From Cyanophora paradoxa CCMP329 (Eukaryota; Plantae; Glaucophyta): a stretch of 64,000 nt of DNA. Position 1 is the first letter of the stretch, and each line of letters begins with the position of its first letter. The notes beneath the pieces were generated by a model, which was given only the letters and a program-made list of their open reading frames with translations, searched no databases and was not told the origin of the DNA. The stretch lies in assembly GCA_004431415.1 (NCBI GenBank), contig QPMI01000457.1, positions 248,001-312,000 of the forward strand, written 5' to 3'. Positions 62,440 through 64,000 of the stretch are shown here, one piece after another. A program made the translations under genes and the position numbers.

Positions 62440-64000
62440 TCATTCCTTGGAGCAGAGGATGGCGGCGCCGCGGAGGATCCACTTCTGGGGGGCGTCGATG
62501 GTGGGCATGTCGACGGGGAAGACGAGGTTGTTGTCCGTGCGCGTCGGGAGCTTGTAGCACGGCAGCTCGCACGTCGCGGGGGCGTTCGAGCCCGGCGCGC
62601 CCCCGGCCGCCGCCTTCTCCGACGCCACGACGGCCGTCACGAAGAGCACCGGCAGCGCGTAGAAGAGCAGCTGCGCGCGGCGCGGCGCCGTCAGATTTGG
62701 AGGGTCGGGGGAGGCGGAGGCGGTGAGGGCAGGGAGGGCGGGGCGGACCTTGGGCGGGGCGTCGACGAGGGCGGCGAGCTTGCGGTCCCAGGCGGCGCCC
62801 TCGAGGAAGAGGCCGTGGATGTAGACGCCCTCCGCCGGCGCCTCCCGCACGTCGTCCCGCTCCAGCTTCGTCACCTCCGTCGAGAAGACGACGTCGTCCA
62901 GCGCCCAGCCGCTGTGCTTCCGCGTCACCTCCTGCTTGACGGCGGTGAGGAAGCCCTGGGGGTTGAAGAAGCCGGTGAGCCAGTAGCAGTTCGGCCGCCC
63001 GACGTTGACCCAGCTCGTGAGCTGCTCGGTCCGCTGGAGGAGCGCGGCGAACCAGGCGCCGACGGTGGGCGAGGGCCAGGAGAGGCGCGCCCAGGCCGCC
63101 GGGACGCGGGCGTCGTACAGCGCGTTGAGCGCGTCCTGCAGCTCGGCGCTCATGACGATGGTGCCGGCGATGGCGAGCTTGAGCTCGAGGAGCGTGCGGC
63201 GCGCGGCGGCGATGACGGCCTGCAGGCGCTCGACCTCCTGCCCCACGAAGATGGAGAGGGGCTTGGTGGCGCCCTGCCTCGCGAGCCGCTCCTTCGTGGC
63301 GTCCCGGTTGAAGTCGGGCGGCATGCGCGCCAGCAGGTCGTCCGCGATCTTGAGGACGGCCTCCTCGCGCGTCACCCCGCCGGCCCCGCCCCCGCCCTTG
63401 GGCTGCGTCTCCAGCGCCGTGGCGAGCGCCGCCTTGGCCTCCTTGGTGCGGAAGGTGAGGTCGGCGTTGGCGTGGAGGCCGAAGATCTCGGGGTTGTCGA
63501 CGATCGGCAGGGAGTCGATCTCGGAGCGGAACTTGGTGATCTCGGAGCCCTGGGGGACGCGGTAGCCCGTGTAGAAGAGGAAGTCGGGCTCGAAGACGCG
63601 GGGCGCGAGGTACGTGTCGGCGTACGTGTTGAAGAGGCGCCGGTCCATGTCGTCCGTGATGCGCCCGCCGTACTGGATCTCGGCCACCATGTACCGCACC
63701 GTGACCCACGAGATGCCGGCCCCTATCGCCTGCCCGCCGGCGCCGAACCCGAAGCCGCGCTTGCCCGTGGCGGCCGCCGAGCTCTCGAGGCCCGTGAGGT
63801 GGTTCTGCAGGAACTTGACGCACGCCTCGAGGTCCGACTGGTTGAACTCGTAGGGGACGTTCCAGCCGAGGGGGCCGAACTTGCGGCGCTCCTGGACGCA
63901 CGAGTGGAGGAAGCAGAGGGTGTAGAGGAGGGAGCGCCACTCGGGGCGCGAGACGGCGTCCAGCATGTCCTGGTTGATCCACTGGTACGAGCGCTTGAGG
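62440..64000 (-). CDS. Host axonemal dynein heavy chain, 3' end (start outside window; one intron near 62672..62748)
   Basis: QERRKFGPLGWNVPYEFN, YGGRITDD, PEIFGLHANA, FFNPQGFLTA, GLFLEGA and WILRGAAILC. Confidence 0.95.
   Translation of the reverse strand, partial: LKRSYQWINQDMLDAVSRPEWRSLLYTLCFLHSCVQERRKFGPLGWNVPYEFNQSDLEACVKFLQNHLTGLESSAAATGKRGFGFGAGGQAIGAGISWVTVRYMVAEIQYGGRITDDMDRRLFNTYADTYLAPRVFEPDFLFYTGYRVPQGSEITKFRSEIDSLPIVDNPEIFGLHANADLTFRTKEAKAALATALETQPKGGGGAGGVTREEAVLKIADDLLARMPPDFNRDATKERLARQGATKPLSIFVGQEVERLQAVIAAARRTLLELKLAIAGTIVMSAELQDALNALYDARVPAAWARLSWPSPTVGAWFAALLQRTEQLTSWVNVGRPNCYWLTGFFNPQGFLTAVKQEVTRKHSGWALDDVVFSTEVTKLERDDVREAPAEGVYIHGLFLEGAAWDRKLAALVDAPPKVRPALPALTASASPDPPNLTAPRRAQLLFYALPVLFVTAVVASEKAAAGGAPGSNAPATCELPCYKLPTRTDNNLVFPVDMPTIDAPQKWILRGAAILCSKE

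Noticed and set aside
46892-63982. Many long overlapping Arg/Pro/Gly/Ala-rich ORFs
   Set aside because: These are shadow frames expected in very GC-rich, intron-containing DNA; only motif-supported spliced genes were kept.

Overview
The window has two compartments. Bases 1 to about 46,300 are relatively AT-rich, intronless and gene-dense. They contain the right-hand parts of three related but distinct Polinton-like/Maverick endogenous DNA viruses, called A, B and C here, each with a protein-primed PolB, a retroviral-type DDE integrase and an A32-like packaging ATPase; double jelly-roll capsid genes are visible in B and C. The junctions indicate nesting. A (1..11953) ends inside the major capsid gene of B, and B (11954..26976) ends inside a gene of C (26977..about 46300). 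A and B both terminate in ...TATGTGT-3' and carry an internal inverted copy of their last 28-29 bp. They share gene order but have non-homologous primases at the same locus: family-A TVpol plus SF3 helicase in A, and AEP-PriCT2 plus SF3 helicase in B. Each primase gene is followed immediately by its own iteron-like repeat module, which recurs in that element's terminal region. The PolBs of A and B have lost their proofreading motifs, whereas C's PolB keeps them. C also encodes a 1745-aa phage-type fibre, a patatin and two penton paralogues. From about 46,300 to 64,000 is GC-rich host DNA of a flagellated eukaryote with short, often GC-AG, introns. It holds MITE-like repeats and genes for RMD1/DUF155, two DnaJ-type zinc-finger proteins, a SET1-like protein, a ZZ-finger protein, a METTL4-like MT-A70, a SCAB-like protein, a WRN-type exonuclease and the 3' end of an axonemal dynein heavy chain. 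All calls come from motif recognition by eye; no database search was run, and the left ends of all three elements lie outside the window.
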